Origin: an uncultured Fibrobacteria bacterium
GTDB lineage: Bacteria; Fibrobacterota; Fibrobacteria; UBA11236
DNA: 64,000 bases
Assembly (NCBI GenBank): GCA_963716395.1
Contig: OY970309.1
Location: forward strand, 1,440,001 to 1,504,000
Reading direction: 5' to 3'
Part shown: positions 37,930 through 47,579 of the stretch, piece by piece
How the letters are laid out: every line of letters starts with the position of its first letter
How positions within the stretch are numbered: position 1 is the first letter of the stretch
The notes under the pieces: generated by a model
What the model was told of the DNA's origin: nothing
Seen by the model: only the letters and a program-made list of their open reading frames with translations
The model's database searches: none
Position numbers and translations under genes: made by a program

Positions 37930-40287
37930 TCAGGTTGCCGCAGCTGAGGTGGTTGTATTTCTCCGTTTTGGGAAAAGAAGAAATGAAGAACTCACCAATG
38001 CAAGAAGGCTCAATACTGCCACCCACAATCCCGTGCGTAGCCACGGGCTGCGATAATGGAATGCAACCGTATGCTTCCCGGCTGTCAATTGCACTCCGCG
38101 AAAGGCGTAGTCGGTGCGCAGAAGGGGCACGGGCATGCCGTCCAGCTTAACCTTCCAATTCGGAAACCACATGCCGGACACAATGAAAATTCCCGGGGCG
38201 GCGGTTTCCACCCTATACACCTGTTGATTGTAACTGTGTTTTAGTTCGCCGATGTGGGCCAAGTCCGAGGTGTCGGATAGATTTCCGCCGGAAGAGAGCC
38301 CGACACCAGAAACATAGGCGAGACGCCTGGGATTAAATCCGGGTTCCTTCATTTTCAGCAACGCGTCCGAATCGGAAAGGGCCTGCCAGGCTGGAACGAA
38401 GAAAGCGCGCGGCAGAGCCGAGTTGTTGCGGGCCAATTTCAGGCCGGGATCATTGGGCAGCCGATAGGCCAGATATTTCACATTCAGCAAGTCCAGAAAT
38501 GGACTGCCCGAAACCGAACCGTCGGGGTTTTCCTTCAGGCCGGCCATGAGGTTGGGATTGGTCTGGTAATCGTTACCGCGGTAGGTGCGGTAGGTACGCA
38601 TCTCGTTGTCAGTCCAACCATCGACCGTTTCGATGCCATGGTATTGCATGAACCAGCGGTCATAGGCCTGACCGATACCCAAAACGCGAAAGCGCGAGGT
38701 ATCTGCTTTGAGTACGTCGATGGCTTCTTCATGTGGCAGTACACGGCTGGGGTCGTAGCCGCTGATGAAATTCGCATTGACCCAATACAGGTCTACGACC
38801 GTTACGGTCAGCGCCAGCCACCCGAACAGTGCGGGCCGTCGCGTCTTCAGCAAAAATGCCCCGGCGCCCCAGGTCAGAATGGCCAACAGTGCGCCGGTAC
38901 GTAGCGCCCCGATGGCAAACGGGGTTTTATCCATGGCTTGACGCGCGATGTTGGGAATTTGCGATGCATCGAAAACACTGTCCCAAATCGAAAAAACTGT
39001 GTCGGGCATCAGACCGCACAGCGCGGCCAAGCCCGCCGCTCCGAAGCCGACGAGATAAAATCGCTTCATGGCCTTAGCCCGAGCCGTTTCAGGCCACTTC
39101 TCGATTCCTTCCGACAGGCGGCGCAAGGTTTCAGCCGACATGAGCAGCAAGGCAGTGGCCAACCAGAACAGAATCATGCTAGGCGCACGGAAGTTCTTGA
39201 CTCCCGGGACGATTTCATAGACCACGCGAAACAGCGGCGTGTGCGCTCCGAGCCCGTACAGGATGGAGAGCAGGCCCACACTTCCCCAAAACCAATACCA
39301 GCGATTCCGGAAGGCGAACAATCCCAAGAGTCCGAGGAACCATACCAAAAGACCCGGATATTCAGAATTGAGTTTGAAGGGATTTCGTCCCCAATAATTT
39401 TCGTTGAGGCCGGCAAATTCCGGCACCACAAGCGCGGCGGCCTCTTCGGGGTGCAGAGACCAAGAGGCCGCGTGCTCGAAAGTCGTATTGGCCCCCGAAC
39501 CCCGGATGCCGAATTCCTTGGTGTATTTCAGCGGTGGGTAGAAAATGAAGAAAACGAGTCCGATGCCGAGTAGAATCGGCACCCAGAAGCGCAAAGCCAA
39601 TTTTCCGACTTCAACCCAATTCCTTTGGCGAAGCGGGGGAAAAAGAAAGTACAGCCAGATCAGGAAATATCCCATGAGCACGTAATAAGTGAATTGCAAA
39701 TGCGAAGTGGAAATGAACAAGGCAATAGTCAGGGCCAATCCCACCAAATGCCGGCGCGCGGCTACCGGACCCAATACCCGTAGCAGAAAGTATATCGATA
39801 GCGGCAGCCAAGCCATGATGAAAAACTTGGCGGTGTGGCCGGAGTGGATATCGGAGATGAAATTGGTGTTGAACATGTAGGCCACGGCCAACGCGGTCGC
39901 CAGCCAGGTGTTCAGGCGAAAATACCGTTGGGTGAGAATGAAAGCCCCAAAGCCCGCCACCAAAACATGCAGAATGAAATCCCACGTCACGACCTGGCTC
40001 ACTGGGAGCAAGAGGCCCAGTACGATGAAGGGTGGAAAAGAAGCGTCGCCGAACATGGCGTCGAAAGTAGGCATGCCGGCCAATCCATATGGATTCCAAA
40101 GTGGAATTTCGCCATGCCGCAAGGCGTCGAAATAAAACTTCCAGGCCGGCGCGCCGATTTGATCCGAAGCGAAGAGAATATGACCGGAAAAAATGACGCT
40201 GAGAAAAGGCAAAAGACCGATAATAAGGATGACGACGAGTGCTTTCCAATGCTCCTTGAGCCAGGATCGGTATTCCGACCACGCCAT
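37930..40287 (-). CDS. YfhO family integral membrane protein (GT-C type glycosyltransferase)
   Basis: PLWNPYGLAGMP, SGH, HLQFTYY, FRAPS, many TM helices; soluble C-terminus with NSALPRAFFV, WFPNWKV, TDYAFRGVQL..GKH; ATG 40287 after GGGGGGA. Confidence 0.85.
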   Translation of the reverse strand: MAWSEYRSWLKEHWKALVVILIIGLLPFLSVIFSGHILFASDQIGAPAWKFYFDALRHGEIPLWNPYGLAGMPTFDAMFGDASFPPFIVLGLLLPVSQVVTWDFILHVLVAGFGAFILTQRYFRLNTWLATALAVAYMFNTNFISDIHSGHTAKFFIMAWLPLSIYFLLRVLGPVAARRHLVGLALTIALFISTSHLQFTYYVLMGYFLIWLYFLFPPLRQRNWVEVGKLALRFWVPILLGIGLVFFIFYPPLKYTKEFGIRGSGANTTFEHAASWSLHPEEAAALVVPEFAGLNENYWGRNPFKLNSEYPGLLVWFLGLLGLFAFRNRWYWFWGSVGLLSILYGLGAHTPLFRVVYEIVPGVKNFRAPSMILFWLATALLLMSAETLRRLSEGIEKWPETARAKAMKRFYLVGFGAAGLAALCGLMPDTVFSIWDSVFDASQIPNIARQAMDKTPFAIGALRTGALLAILTWGAGAFLLKTRRPALFGWLALTVTVVDLYWVNANFISGYDPSRVLPHEEAIDVLKADTSRFRVLGIGQAYDRWFMQYHGIETVDGWTDNEMRTYRTYRGNDYQTNPNLMAGLKENPDGSVSGSPFLDLLNVKYLAYRLPNDPGLKLARNNSALPRAFFVPAWQALSDSDALLKMKEPGFNPRRLAYVSGVGLSSGGNLSDTSDLAHIGELKHSYNQQVYRVETAAPGIFIVSGMWFPNWKVKLDGMPVPLLRTDYAFRGVQLTAGKHTVAFHYRSPWLRTGLWVAVLSLLALVSSSFLLFPKRRNTTTSAAAT

Positions 40288-40312
40288 AATTCCCCCCAAG
40301 GTTTGCATCAAT

Positions 40313-41431
40313 TTAGCTATTGTGAAGAAAAGTCCATTCGCTCTCCGCGATGGCATCCCAGCTAAAACGCTTCGCCCGCTCGCGACCGCGGCGCCCCAAA
40401 TTCTCGCGTAACCAAGCGTTCTGAATCAGGCAGAGCATGGACCGGCCCAGCGCAACACAATCTTCGGAAGGTACGGCGAGAGCGGTTTCTCCCAAAGCCA
40501 GACTGTCGCGAAAGCCGTCGGTATCTGTGACCAGAACCGCTTTGCCGGCGGCATTGGCTTCGAGGGCTGCGATACCGAATCCTTCGAAACGCGAGGGCGA
40601 GCAGAAGAAAAGGCAAGTGGATAAAAGTTCGCGTTTGCGCGTTTCATCGATACCGGTTTCCATACGAACACTGGCTTGCAAATTCTCCGGCACCAAGGCT
40701 TTGGCTTTTCGGAGGCTTGCTTCTGACGCACGTCCGGCCAGCACAAGATTTATGCCAAGTGGCGCTGCAGATTCGGCAAAAGCGGTCAGCAGAAGATCGA
40801 GACCTTTCATGTACACATCAAAGCGACCCAAGAACAGAATAAAGGGCGGAGTCGCTGGGCGGGATTCCAATGCAAGCAAAGCGGGATCAATTCCGTTGGC
40901 GGTGAGCTGAACCGAAGCTTTCGGGTTGAGCCGCCGGATGTGATCCTGCAAAGAACGGTTGGATACGAGGAAACGACGCCCGCATCGCAAAAACAGTTGT
41001 TCGCTGAGATAGGCGACAACGCCGAGGGGTCCGTATTTGCGGAACGATTGCGCCCCTACGGTGTGATGCATCACGAAATAAATCCGGCGGCCGCGGACAA
41101 GGGACAGGAGAACCGGGGCATAGATTGAAGGACTGACCCCGATAGTCTGAGCAGAATCGAACAAGATTCGTAAATTGGCGGCTACCGCGTAGGTCAACCG
41201 ACAGAGCCAGTTGGTTTTGCCAAAGCCCAAACCACAGATTTCGATTCCGTCGAGCACTCCGGACTTGAATCCAGGATAACGGCTCGTAATCAAGCGAACC
41301 GGAACGCGCTGGACGAAACGCCGCAGCGTTTCGAAATCACGCACGGCACCCCCTCCTGAAACCCAGGGGTTACCTAGGCTGTCAAAGGAGTAATATGAAA
41401 TTTGGAAGGGGCGATTCGAGCCTGGCATCAT
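40313..41431 (-). CDS. glycosyltransferase family 4
   Basis: NPWVSGGGA, FLGRFDVYMKG, PSRFEGFGIAALEANAAG (EX7E), FSWD. Confidence 0.9.
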   Translation of the reverse strand: MMPGSNRPFQISYYSFDSLGNPWVSGGGAVRDFETLRRFVQRVPVRLITSRYPGFKSGVLDGIEICGLGFGKTNWLCRLTYAVAANLRILFDSAQTIGVSPSIYAPVLLSLVRGRRIYFVMHHTVGAQSFRKYGPLGVVAYLSEQLFLRCGRRFLVSNRSLQDHIRRLNPKASVQLTANGIDPALLALESRPATPPFILFLGRFDVYMKGLDLLLTAFAESAAPLGINLVLAGRASEASLRKAKALVPENLQASVRMETGIDETRKRELLSTCLFFCSPSRFEGFGIAALEANAAGKAVLVTDTDGFRDSLALGETALAVPSEDCVALGRSMLCLIQNAWLRENLGRRGRERAKRFSWDAIAESEWTFLHNS

Positions 41432-41537
41432 GCAGAGGCAAAGTTAAAACCTCTGGACTTACCGGCCGGATAGTTTTCTATCGCATTCAATATCCGTGCG
41501 GAGAATTGCTGAAACCCTTCGCTCGGCCGAGATTCGT

Positions 41538-42998
41538 TTAATGCGCCAAAAACAACCCCTTAGGCAATCCCCGCGTATCAAGGCACCAGCCGCCGTTGCA
41601 GGGGGCGAAGGTCCGCAGAGTTTTGCCCGTCAAATCGTGCAGACGGGGAGCCGAACTCCATTCGCTTACCGGGAGGAAAATTCGGTTTCCGCCATCGAGA
41701 AATACGAGACGATCCGGCGCGGTAGGGTTTTTTACGGAAAGAGCCTCGGTGGAAGGATCAAAAAGAATCGGGGCAGGCAGGCTCCAGCCTTCGGAATCCA
41801 CGGCTGCGGTTTTGGCTAGCGCTGAAGTTTTTGTCCGCAGCCTGACCCGCCAATAAACCGCACCCGCCATCTCGGAAGAGTCGGGTAACAATTTGGGATC
41901 GACGGTGAACACGCTATCTGCTATAGATAGTTTGCAAAAGGAATCATCGAAAGTAAGGTCTTTCGAGAGTTCGACGTCAACGCTGTCGCCCTTCTTAAGC
42001 ACGTCTCCAAGGGAGACAGAGTCGCAGCCCTCCGCGGGCACAAGGTGGATTTTGAATTGGTCGCCGTTAAAGACGCAGCGGCCCGCCACTGGAGAAACCG
42101 GAGAGACGTAATCATTGCAAGTCACGGACTGGGAATCTGGAGTCATGGTTTTATATCGGGCCCGGATTTCCTGGATGGACATGGCAGTATCCACGACGCG
42201 CGCGAAGTCCATTAAACCGTCAAAATGCCGAAAATCACCGCCCACCATGCTGGGATCGCGGGCGCCCACGGTCAAGGCAGTCGTGTCGAACATCAAGGGC
42301 ACGTAGTCGATACCAATGAGTCGCGAGGTATCGGTTGCATCCTCGCCGTTCAAATAGATTTTCAAATTTTTCCCATCCCATACGCTAACCATATACGTCC
42401 ATCTGCTGAGTTCGACGCAGCGATCCGTTTCCGTTTCTTTCCACAGACGGGTGCCATTGGCCATTGCCATTTCTCCCACGCATTGAGAAACCTGGCTGCC
42501 ATATTGTTGATGCAAGGTCGCGGCGGCTTCAACTTCCGCCACCGTAGCATAATCGCTGTCAGGCAACGGTGGGTAGAGCAGCCCCCCTCCCACGCGGAAT
42601 GAAAATCCTTGCGGGATAGTGACATCCCAAGTGGCCGTATTTACGATATCTGAAATTTCATAGCCCGTCGAAGGATAACTTCGCAACAAAAAGCGCGCTT
42701 CCACCGTAAAAGGACCTTGAGGGGCGAGATAGGCCGGCAAATGCATTGATCCTTCCGATCCGAAATCTGCGGCTCCAGGGAATGTGGCCGAAGAGGACAA
42801 ATCACCGCCGACGGTTGCATGCGGGAGTGAATCCTCTTGCTGGCCGAGATCGGCGGAATTGTCGAATTTCAGATACATACGGATATGCCCTGCAGATTGG
42901 GTCCAGCCGGTGACGGGCAGTGACGCCAAAAGGCAAATCGGTATCCAAGAGTTGCTGAAACGAAAACGATGGGTCGGAAGTAGCATTACGGGTACCAC
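41538..42998 (-). CDS. secreted LamG-like jellyroll protein with (possibly truncated) C-terminal sorting domain
   Basis: Signal peptide; FTVEARF, WTYMVSVWDGKNLKIYLNG, FDGLMDFARV; C-terminus RLHDLTGKTL...GLPKGLFLAH. Confidence 0.75.
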   Translation of the reverse strand: MVPVMLLPTHRFRFSNSWIPICLLASLPVTGWTQSAGHIRMYLKFDNSADLGQQEDSLPHATVGGDLSSSATFPGAADFGSEGSMHLPAYLAPQGPFTVEARFLLRSYPSTGYEISDIVNTATWDVTIPQGFSFRVGGGLLYPPLPDSDYATVAEVEAAATLHQQYGSQVSQCVGEMAMANGTRLWKETETDRCVELSRWTYMVSVWDGKNLKIYLNGEDATDTSRLIGIDYVPLMFDTTALTVGARDPSMVGGDFRHFDGLMDFARVVDTAMSIQEIRARYKTMTPDSQSVTCNDYVSPVSPVAGRCVFNGDQFKIHLVPAEGCDSVSLGDVLKKGDSVDVELSKDLTFDDSFCKLSIADSVFTVDPKLLPDSSEMAGAVYWRVRLRTKTSALAKTAAVDSEGWSLPAPILFDPSTEALSVKNPTAPDRLVFLDGGNRIFLPVSEWSSAPRLHDLTGKTLRTFAPCNGGWCLDTRGLPKGLFLAH

Positions 42999-43065
42999 TA
43001 TTCAGATTTCACAATGTCCAATGATACTATGATTTTTTGGATCTAGAAATTGCATTTACGGACAG

Positions 43066-43081
43066 TGTGACTCACGTCACA
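43066..43081. promoter_or_regulatory. CRP/FNR-family-like operator
   Basis: Perfect TGTGA-N6-TCACA (TGTGACTCACGTCACA) upstream of the LamG gene. Confidence 0.55.
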
Positions 43082-43363
43082 AAATTCTCATTCATTCATT
43101 CAGAATTTGGCAAAATTTCGCCCTGGGTCTTGGCGCTCTTCAGTTTCTGGCAAAAATTTCTTCACCATTTTCGGTAATTCTTCCCGATTCGCTTCTTGCA
43201 GCTTCTCACTTTCCGGAAAAAAATGTGCTATCCGCCATCGAGGAAATTGAGCTGCCCCGATACAGCCGGGGGGTTTACGGATCCAGCCGTTTGATTTCCT
43301 GTTTTCCGGAAATAGGCGGTGAAGCACAAAAGGAAGGATTGAAATTCGGGCGGGGCCGGCTCG

Positions 43364-44254
43364 TCAGGCCTGTATATCCCATTTGAAATCCCGGCCCAAT
43401 ATGCAGTTCTGCGTCCCAGGAGGAATCGGATGCTCGGTCTCTTCGCAGACCAGCACATTGCGCAGCAAATCGGGCAAATCGTCCTGCCCGGCTTCGTTGG
43501 CAACATAGGGTTTGGGTTCCGACATCAATGGGTGATAGTTGTAACTAAAATCAGAGGCCGCCTCCATCACGAATTTGGCCGCCTCCCATAACCCCTGCGG
43601 CGTGCCCGCGTCGAACCAGCGCGCTTCCTGGCTGCAATTCACCAATTGGATGGGGGCTCTGGCTTGGAGCGCGCGCGTCCAAAACCGCTTGATATCTTCG
43701 GGCCCCGTTGTCACATAGCGCAGGAATTCGCGTTGGTAGAAGCCGATGCCGGTGAAGGTCAGGCGCGTCATTTCGCCGGCGTGGTCGAAAGCTTCGAAGC
43801 CATGCACTCCGAGCAGGCGGCCGTTGGGGCCGCAGGAAAGCGTGTTATGGGCCGTGCGGAACATGCAGGCCAAGGTCGCAATCGCTCCGGAAGCCTTGTG
43901 CTGGCGCCACAAATCCTCGAGGTCAATGGTATGGATCAAGTCGGCGTTGTGGACCAGAAAGGCGTCGTATTCCCGAAGAATCGGTTCGGCATTGGCCAGG
44001 CACCCGCCGGTGCCGAGAAGTACGGGCTCACGCAAGGTTTCGAGGCCCAGTTGCTTCGCCAGCCGTTCCATCTCTTCGGGCAAATGGTGGGTGTTGACCA
44101 GCCAGCGTTTGGGCGCCAGGGACTCGATACGGAATTTGCTGATCTCCAGCGCGCTTTTACCGTGAAAGGTGATGGCCGGCTTGGGCAGGCGATCGGTCAA
44201 GGGCCGCAGTCTGCGGCCATAGCCCGCGCTCAAGAGATACGCCGCCAGCGACAT
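43364..44254 (-). CDS. sugar-phosphate nucleotidyltransferase, MurU-like
   Basis: LLSAGYGRRLRPLTDRLPKP, NTHHL, LGTGG, HNAD, WFDAGTP; coupled to NamZ. Confidence 0.85.
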   Translation of the reverse strand: MSLAAYLLSAGYGRRLRPLTDRLPKPAITFHGKSALEISKFRIESLAPKRWLVNTHHLPEEMERLAKQLGLETLREPVLLGTGGCLANAEPILREYDAFLVHNADLIHTIDLEDLWRQHKASGAIATLACMFRTAHNTLSCGPNGRLLGVHGFEAFDHAGEMTRLTFTGIGFYQREFLRYVTTGPEDIKRFWTRALQARAPIQLVNCSQEARWFDAGTPQGLWEAAKFVMEAASDFSYNYHPLMSEPKPYVANEAGQDDLPDLLRNVLVCEETEHPIPPGTQNCILGRDFKWDIQA

Positions 44255-45348
44255 CAGGCAAATACCCCATGCAGCGGCCCGCCTAAGAGGATTTCGATGG
44301 GGGCTTTGTGGAATTCATATTCATAAGGCGGTTCTTTCCATTGGAAAGTCCGGGCATAATGCGTTCGGATTTGATCGAGAATCGCCACGGCTGTGGCGAA
44401 TGGCCGGAAACGGCGGCGGTTCCGCACGTGGATTTGCGCACCGCCGCAAAGCTGGCCCGCGTATTTGTGGAAGGTGGGTTGAAAATAGGCCTCGCGAAAT
44501 ACGGCCCCGGGCAGGCCGGCCCGATTGAGCTTGGCGCACAGGTCATGCGCATCCAGCCAGGGGGCGCCGAAAAATTCAAAGGGCCGCGTGGTGCCGCGGC
44601 CCTCGGAAACATTGGTGGCTTCGAGCAGGCACATGCCGGGATACACCACGGCAGTGTCGACCGTGGGCATGTTGGGCGAAGGAGGCACCCAGGGCAGGCC
44701 CGTCTCTTCGAAATAAGCGGCCGGGTCATAGCCTTCCATGTCCAGCACGTACAAATCGCAGGCGGGAAAAGCTTCGCTGCGGAATTGCCGGGCCAGGGCC
44801 CCGATGGTTTTGCCGTGGCGCACGGGAAGGGGATGCATGCCGACGAAGCTTGCGTAATCGGGGAGCAAGGTCGGACCTTCCACCGCATCGCCGATGGGAT
44901 TGGGGCGATCCAGCACCACCACCGCGACGCGCGCGCGTTCGCAGGCGCGCATGCAGAGATAGAGCGTCCAGATGAAGGTGTAATAACGCGCGCCCACGTC
45001 CTGCAAATCCACGATCAGGGCGTCGAGACCCGCCAGCATTTCCGGCGTGGGTTCGCGGTGATCGCCATACAGACTGTACACCGGAATGCCCCATTGCGGA
45101 TGGGAGAAGTCATCCCACTCGATCATGTTGTCCTGGGTTTGCCCCAGATAGCCGTGCTGGGGCCCAAACAAGGCGCGCAGGCGGAACAGTTTGCCGTCGT
45201 GCGCTTTAAGAATTTCCGAGGCATGGGTCAAGGTCGAAGACACCGAAGCCGGATGAAGCACGGCGCCCACGGCCGCATTTTTCAGGGCGGCCGGCCAGCA
45301 TTCCGGCAAACGATCCAGAGGTAGACACACGCAATTATCTTTCGGCAT
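44254..45348 (-). CDS. namZ: exo-beta-N-acetylmuramidase NamZ family (DUF1343)
   Basis: LFGPQHG, VYSLYG, DLQDVGARYYTF, LDRPNP, PSPNMPT, SEGRGTTRPFE; no signal peptide. Confidence 0.9.
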   Translation of the reverse strand: MPKDNCVCLPLDRLPECWPAALKNAAVGAVLHPASVSSTLTHASEILKAHDGKLFRLRALFGPQHGYLGQTQDNMIEWDDFSHPQWGIPVYSLYGDHREPTPEMLAGLDALIVDLQDVGARYYTFIWTLYLCMRACERARVAVVVLDRPNPIGDAVEGPTLLPDYASFVGMHPLPVRHGKTIGALARQFRSEAFPACDLYVLDMEGYDPAAYFEETGLPWVPPSPNMPTVDTAVVYPGMCLLEATNVSEGRGTTRPFEFFGAPWLDAHDLCAKLNRAGLPGAVFREAYFQPTFHKYAGQLCGGAQIHVRNRRRFRPFATAVAILDQIRTHYARTFQWKEPPYEYEFHKAPIEILLGGPLHGVFA

Positions 45349-45439
45349 AGATTACTGTCAGACCCGGTAAAAAGGTAATCGCAACCGGGTTCCGCTCCAT
45401 CTCCGTGCCCCCGCCCGCGGCGGGGAGAAAGAAGTTCTT

Positions 45440-45910
45440 ATGGCCTCGCTCAATAAAGTCATGCTCATCGGCAACCTCGGCAAAGACCCCGAAGTGCGCG
45501 CCATTCCCTCCGGCGTCAAGGTGGCGAATTTTTCCATCGCCACTTCGGAGAACTACACCGATCGCAACGGGCAGAAGGTCGAAAAGACCGAATGGCACAA
45601 TATCGTGATGTGGCGAGGGCTGGCCGAAGTTGCGGAAAAATATCTGCGCAAGGGATCGCAGGTTTTCGTGGAAGGCCGCTTGCAGACGCGTTCGTGGGAC
45701 GATCAAAACGGTCAACGCAAGTACATGACCGAAGTGGTGGTCGACAATATGGTGATGTTGGGCCGGCCACGTGGCGAGAGCGGCGGCGAAGGCGGATCTG
45801 AGAGCTATTCCCGGCGTCCGCCGCAGGCGGACGCACCCTCAGCGTACAGGCCGGAAAACGCCCTGGCCGGCTCCAATCCCCCGCCGCCCGAAGACGACTT
45901 GCCGTTTTAG
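45440..45910 (+). CDS. ssb: single-stranded DNA-binding protein
   Basis: [27 protein letters not shown], acidic tail EDDLPF. Confidence 0.98.
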   Translation: MASLNKVMLIGNLGKDPEVRAIPSGVKVANFSIATSENYTDRNGQKVEKTEWHNIVMWRGLAEVAEKYLRKGSQVFVEGRLQTRSWDDQNGQRKYMTEVVVDNMVMLGRPRGESGGEGGSESYSRRPPQADAPSAYRPENALAGSNPPPPEDDLPF

Positions 45911-45928
45911 ATCCACTGGGCGTGGAGC

Positions 45929-47452
45929 CTAAGCGGAACCGGATCCGCGGGGCCGCAACTGCTTCGTGACCAAGGCCAGCGCGGCCCGCCTTTCGCTCTG
46001 TGAAATTGCGCCGATGAGAAAGGGCAATAGGAGTCCGGCAACGAGCAGGGCGCCGCGCATTCCCAGGCCCAGGCCGGGATGGGCTTGGGTCCAGAAACCA
46101 ACCGCAAAGCACAGGGCGATCCAAACCAGCACCGGCGCCAGCCGCCGCCATTCCAGGTCGATGGGAAACAGTGTTTGGCTCTTGCGCGTGATCAGAAAAG
46201 CCATGACCGCATAACACGTCACCGCGGCCCACACCGCGCCCCACAGGCCGAGCCAGGGAACCAAAAGCAGGTTGAGCGCCACGGTGACGGTAGCGCCGAC
46301 GCCGTTGATCCAAATCAAGGTTTTGGTTTTCTTCGCGATATAAATGCCCAAGGTGAAATGCACGAACCAGGCCTGAAAGGCATAGGCCAGTAACACACCC
46401 GGTACAATGGGCAATCCCGGCCAGAAGTCGCGCGCGATCAAAGACTTTCCAAAAACCCGCAAGGCCACGAATTTGTCGAGGAACAGCATCAAGGTAAAGC
46501 CGCAGGCGCCGATGAACAGAAGCAACACCCGTAATACGCGGCCGAAAAGCGCCGCAGCATCAGGATCTTTCTGGTGCTGCAAAAAAAACGGCTGCCAGGC
46601 CAAGCGATACATTTGCACCAGCAGCAAGCCGAAAATACCGAGCTTCCAGGCCGCGGAGAAAAGGCCGGTGAGATAAAGGACGTCCCAACCCGTGCCCGGA
46701 TAAAGGCGGCCCAAATCGGCCGGCGTCAGCCGCCCCAGAAACAGCCGCCCCGACATTTCGTTCACGATGCCGTACAGTCCCGCCGGCACAAACGGCAATC
46801 CGAAACGCAGCAGGGCCCGCAGGCGTTCGCCGTCGAACAACGGGCGAAGGTGGGCGCCCAGTACCGGAAGCAGAAAAATGAAGGCCGCGGTGCTGGCCAC
46901 GGCGTTGGCCCAGAACACGCCGCGCAAACCTTGATGCAGGTGCAGCACGAAGACCAGGTTTCCCGCGATGTTGACCGCGACGCTGCCCAGGCGAATGAAG
47001 GCGAAACGGCGGGCCTGGTGCCGGTAACGCAGATGCGACAGAGGCACCACGGTCAGGGTGTCGAGCACGAGAATGAGGGCGGCCCAATGGAACAGGCCTT
47101 GATTGGCCGGGGGAATGCTGAACACACCACCGAGCCACGGTGCGGCCAGCAACAGCGGCGCGGTCAGCCCCAGGCTGATTCCCGCTTGCGACCAGAACGC
47201 GGTGCTGAACAGGCGTCGCCGCACTCCGTCGTCGACGTCATGCGCCAAGCGCAAATAAGCCGAGTCGAAACCCGATTGGTACACCACGTTGAGAAAGGCG
47301 ACCAAAGCGAAAATGATGTTGCTGATGCCGAACTCGGCCGGTGACAGCACATGGGTGTAAAACGGAACCAGAAGAAAGTTGAGAAAACGGCTGAGCAGCG
47401 ACGAAATTCCGTACAACAGGGATTCGCGTGCCAGGGATCGCAAACGGGTCAT
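45929..47452 (-). CDS. oligosaccharide flippase (Wzx/MOP family)
   Basis: LARESLLYGISS, LLVPFYTHVLSPAEFG, about 14 TM helices, LNLLLVPWLGLWGA. Confidence 0.88.
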   Translation of the reverse strand: MTRLRSLARESLLYGISSLLSRFLNFLLVPFYTHVLSPAEFGISNIIFALVAFLNVVYQSGFDSAYLRLAHDVDDGVRRRLFSTAFWSQAGISLGLTAPLLLAAPWLGGVFSIPPANQGLFHWAALILVLDTLTVVPLSHLRYRHQARRFAFIRLGSVAVNIAGNLVFVLHLHQGLRGVFWANAVASTAAFIFLLPVLGAHLRPLFDGERLRALLRFGLPFVPAGLYGIVNEMSGRLFLGRLTPADLGRLYPGTGWDVLYLTGLFSAAWKLGIFGLLLVQMYRLAWQPFFLQHQKDPDAAALFGRVLRVLLLFIGACGFTLMLFLDKFVALRVFGKSLIARDFWPGLPIVPGVLLAYAFQAWFVHFTLGIYIAKKTKTLIWINGVGATVTVALNLLLVPWLGLWGAVWAAVTCYAVMAFLITRKSQTLFPIDLEWRRLAPVLVWIALCFAVGFWTQAHPGLGLGMRGALLVAGLLLPFLIGAISQSERRAALALVTKQLRPRGSGSA

Positions 47453-47579
47453 GCGGATTGCAAAGTGCAAAAATGCGCTTCCAAATCCGGAGTGCACCAC
47501 CGCCTCCCCACCCATCGGCCTGCAGCCGCGGACGCGCAGGGCAAAAACGGAGAGAGGGCGAAGGTATTGAGGTGGGCGC

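Noticed and set aside
43100-43327. 75-aa ORF between the LamG and MurU-like genes as a gene or pseudogene remnant
   Set aside because: No clear SD or promoter and no recognisable motif; it cannot be supported from sequence alone.
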